DNA of 39,469 bases from Pseudomonadota bacterium. Its GTDB lineage: Bacteria; Pseudomonadota; Alphaproteobacteria; Sphingomonadales; Sphingomonadaceae. Under the pieces are notes generated by a model. That model was given only the letters and a program-made list of their open reading frames with translations, made no database searches and was not told the origin of the DNA. The stretch spans positions 1-39,469 of the forward strand of contig JBCCKJ010000001.1 of assembly GCA_039027455.1 (NCBI GenBank). Direction: 5' to 3'. A program made the position numbers and the translations under genes. Positions 37,007 to 39,469 of the stretch are shown here, one piece after another; within the stretch, counting starts at the first letter, position 1; each line of letters begins with the position of its first letter.

Positions 37007-37969
37007 ATGCCCGACTTCTCCCCCACACAGCTGGCCGTGCCTTTCTTTGTCCTCGCGATCCTAGCCGAAATGGTCTGGGCGCGCTTACGTGCCCCAGAGT
37101 CTTATGAAACCAAAGATACGCTGGTAAGTCTATGCTTTGGCTTGGGTTCGACCGTGGCTGGCGCCTTGTTCGGCGGGTTCTCGATCGCCGTTGTGATCGC
37201 TCTCTACGAATATCGGATCTTCGACTTTGGAGAGCAATGGTGGCTGGTCTGGTGGGCATGGCCGCTCGCTTTTGTGCTGGACGATCTCAAATACTACTGG
37301 GTGCACCGCGCTGGTCACCGCATCCGTTGGATGTGGGCCGCGCACGTCAACCACCACTCAAGCCAGCACTACAATCTTTCGACTGCGCTGCGACAAACAT
37401 GGACCGGCAGCTTCACCTTTGGCCTACTGTTCGCCTTCCCGCTTGTATTGCTTGGCTTTCATCCGGTCATGCTTGGCATCGTGGGCGGAATTAATCTGAT
37501 CTATCAATTCTGGATCCACACCGAAGCAATCGATAAGATGCCTCGCTGGTTTGAAGCGATCATGAACACACCCAGCCACCATCGGGTGCATCACGCAACC
37601 AATCCGCGATATCTCGACCGCAATTACGCGGGCGTCTTCATCATCTGGGACAAGATGTTCGGCACATTTGAGCCAGAACGGAACGACGAGAAAATCCGAT
37701 ACGGAATCGTGAAGCAGCTCGGCAGCTTCAATCTTCTTTGGTCGGTTTTTCACGAATGGATTGGGATGCTGGGCGACATTTGGAAAGCGCCATGGAAGCA
37801 CAAGCTTTCCTACCTTTTTCGCGAGCCGGGGTGGACCCACGATGGGAGCCGAGAGACATCCGATATGATCCGTCAGCGTTGGCGCGAGCGTACGGGTCAA
37901 ACGGCGGTTGCGAACAAGGCAACGAACAGCCCGCACAACCAGATTGCACCGCCGCAGGAAGCCGCATAG
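37007..37969 (+). CDS. Sterol desaturase/fatty acid hydroxylase family protein (alkylglycerol monooxygenase-like)
   Basis: His boxes HRAGH, HVNHHSS..YNLSTALRQ, WIHTE, TPSHHRVHH; NY.G..IIWD..FGTF. Confidence 0.9.
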   Translation: MPDFSPTQLAVPFFVLAILAEMVWARLRAPESYETKDTLVSLCFGLGSTVAGALFGGFSIAVVIALYEYRIFDFGEQWWLVWWAWPLAFVLDDLKYYWVHRAGHRIRWMWAAHVNHHSSQHYNLSTALRQTWTGSFTFGLLFAFPLVLLGFHPVMLGIVGGINLIYQFWIHTEAIDKMPRWFEAIMNTPSHHRVHHATNPRYLDRNYAGVFIIWDKMFGTFEPERNDEKIRYGIVKQLGSFNLLWSVFHEWIGMLGDIWKAPWKHKLSYLFREPGWTHDGSRETSDMIRQRWRERTGQTAVANKATNSPHNQIAPPQEAA

Positions 37970-37993
37970 TCTCTCTCGCTAAAGGAGAGAGTA

Positions 37994-39469
37994 ATGGAGA
38001 GTTTCGACTACATCGTCATTGGCGGTGGCAGCGGTGGCAGCGCAGTGGCTGGGCGCTTGGCTGTGGACGGCACCCGTCGCGTATGCGTTCTCGAGGCAGG
38101 CGGGCGCAACGATAACATCTTGATCAAGACCCCGGGTTTCATGCCCTTCATCCGCAATTCGTCGAACTACAAATACAACACAGTCCCGCAAAAGGGGCTG
38201 AATGGCCGGATCGGTTACCAGCCAAGAGGAAAAGGGCTGGGCGGATCCTCCGCGATCAACGCGATGGTGTATATCCGTGGCCACAAATGGGATTACGACA
38301 ATTGGGCGGCCATGGGCTGCACGGGCTGGTCGTATGACGATGTGCTCCCGTATTTCCGGAAGGCTGAAAGCAACGAACGTGGCGCAGACGCATACCACGG
38401 CGAGAACGGACCGTTGTTCGTTTCGAACCAGCGCTCGCCCAACCCCGTTAGCGAAGCCTTTATTGACGCCGCTGCCGAGCTTCAGTTGCGTCGGAATTCC
38501 GACTTTAATGGGGAATTTCAGGAAGGCTTCGGCCTCTATCAGGTCACCCAACGCAATGGCGAACGCTGGTCCGCCGCGCGCGCCTATGTCGAGCCGATCC
38601 GCGATCAGGGCAACGTCTCCATCCGCACGAACACACTGGTTGAAAAGCTGGTGATCGAGCAGGGCCGCGTCACCGGTGTTCGCGTGCGTCGCGGCAAAAA
38701 ACCGGGCAGCGGCTCGGACATGCTTTACGCGCGGCGCGGAGTGATCCTTTGCGCTGGCGCTTTCAACTCACCAAAGATCATGATGCTATCCGGTATTGGT
38801 CCGGGCAGTCATCTCAAAGAGCACGGAATCGACGTCGCGATCGATAAACCGGCTGTAGGCTCCCATCTGCAAGACCATATCGACTACGTGTCTGGTTGGG
38901 AGACAACCAGTGACGTTCCGATAGGCGGCACGCTTAAGGGCACGCTCAAGATGGCCGGTGCCATCCTCGAACACCGCCGCAAGCGCACCGGAGCCATGAC
39001 CACATGCTACGCCGAAGCGGGCGGCTTCTGGAGCGTGATGCCTGACGCCCCTTGCCCGGACATTCAGTGGCACTTTGTACCCGCCGTCCTCGAAGATCAT
39101 GGGCGCGAGAACGTCAAAGGATACGGCTTCTCCCTACACGCCTGCGTGCTACGCCCAGAAAGCCGGGGGACGGTGCGGCTGGGTTCTCCTGATGCCGGCG
39201 CGGCCCCGGTGATCGATCCCAACTTCTTCGACGACGAACGTGACATAGCGACCATGCGCGCGGGCGTGCGCCTATCGCATCGCATTGCCGACGCACCCGC
39301 TCTTCAAGCCTTCGGACCGACTGACCGGCACCCTGTCGATCTCGAAGACGACACAGCGCTCGATAATCTGATCCGCAACCGCGCTGACACCGTCTATCAC
39401 CCTGTGGGCACCTGCCGCATGGGAGCCGACGCTGACAGCGTGGTCGACCCGCAGCTTAAGGTGCGTGGG
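37994..39469 (+). CDS. GMC family oxidoreductase (choline/alcohol dehydrogenase-like), 3' end outside the window
   Basis: Manual translation: MESFDYIVIGGGSGGSAVAGRL, PRGKGLGGSSAINAMVYIRG, AGAFNSP..MMLSGIG, YHPVGTCRMG; RBS AAAGGAG. Confidence 0.93.
   Translation, partial: MESFDYIVIGGGSGGSAVAGRLAVDGTRRVCVLEAGGRNDNILIKTPGFMPFIRNSSNYKYNTVPQKGLNGRIGYQPRGKGLGGSSAINAMVYIRGHKWDYDNWAAMGCTGWSYDDVLPYFRKAESNERGADAYHGENGPLFVSNQRSPNPVSEAFIDAAAELQLRRNSDFNGEFQEGFGLYQVTQRNGERWSAARAYVEPIRDQGNVSIRTNTLVEKLVIEQGRVTGVRVRRGKKPGSGSDMLYARRGVILCAGAFNSPKIMMLSGIGPGSHLKEHGIDVAIDKPAVGSHLQDHIDYVSGWETTSDVPIGGTLKGTLKMAGAILEHRRKRTGAMTTCYAEAGGFWSVMPDAPCPDIQWHFVPAVLEDHGRENVKGYGFSLHACVLRPESRGTVRLGSPDAGAAPVIDPNFFDDERDIATMRAGVRLSHRIADAPALQAFGPTDRHPVDLEDDTALDNLIRNRADTVYHPVGTCRMGADADSVVDPQLKVRG

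Overview
Alphaproteobacterial chromosome segment, most consistent with Sphingomonadales/Erythrobacteraceae (serine palmitoyltransferase with a dedicated ACP, divK, Sphingomonad-style gene order; taxonomy is inference). The centre (about 12.4-26.5 kb, + strand) is a gene transfer agent (GTA)-like head-tail cluster: small and large terminase, portal, protease, HK97-type capsid, adaptor, tail terminator, tail tube, chaperones, short tape measure, distal tail, hub, NlpC/P60, megatron-like tail tip and DUF2793. I see no integrase, replication or lysis genes. It is flanked by housekeeping genes: kynA-kynB-kynU, dksA, divK, acp-spt, ompA, queC, hslO, argDF, csp, terC, a desaturase and a GMC oxidoreductase. 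The most notable features are: (i) a 776-aa distal-tail gene with a 566-aa TIM-barrel-like N-terminal extension and an in-frame internal RBS+ATG that would give a separate canonical 210-aa Dit, while the megatron is only 725 aa and appears to lack the TIM domain of the RcGTA protein; (ii) a near-consensus sigma70 promoter followed at once by an intrinsic terminator before the first GTA gene, plus a second terminator before the capsid gene, suggesting antitermination control; (iii) no recognisable head-closure (stopper) gene; (iv) a pseudoknot-compatible structured RNA after the capsid gene. All calls come from reading the sequence; no searches were run.
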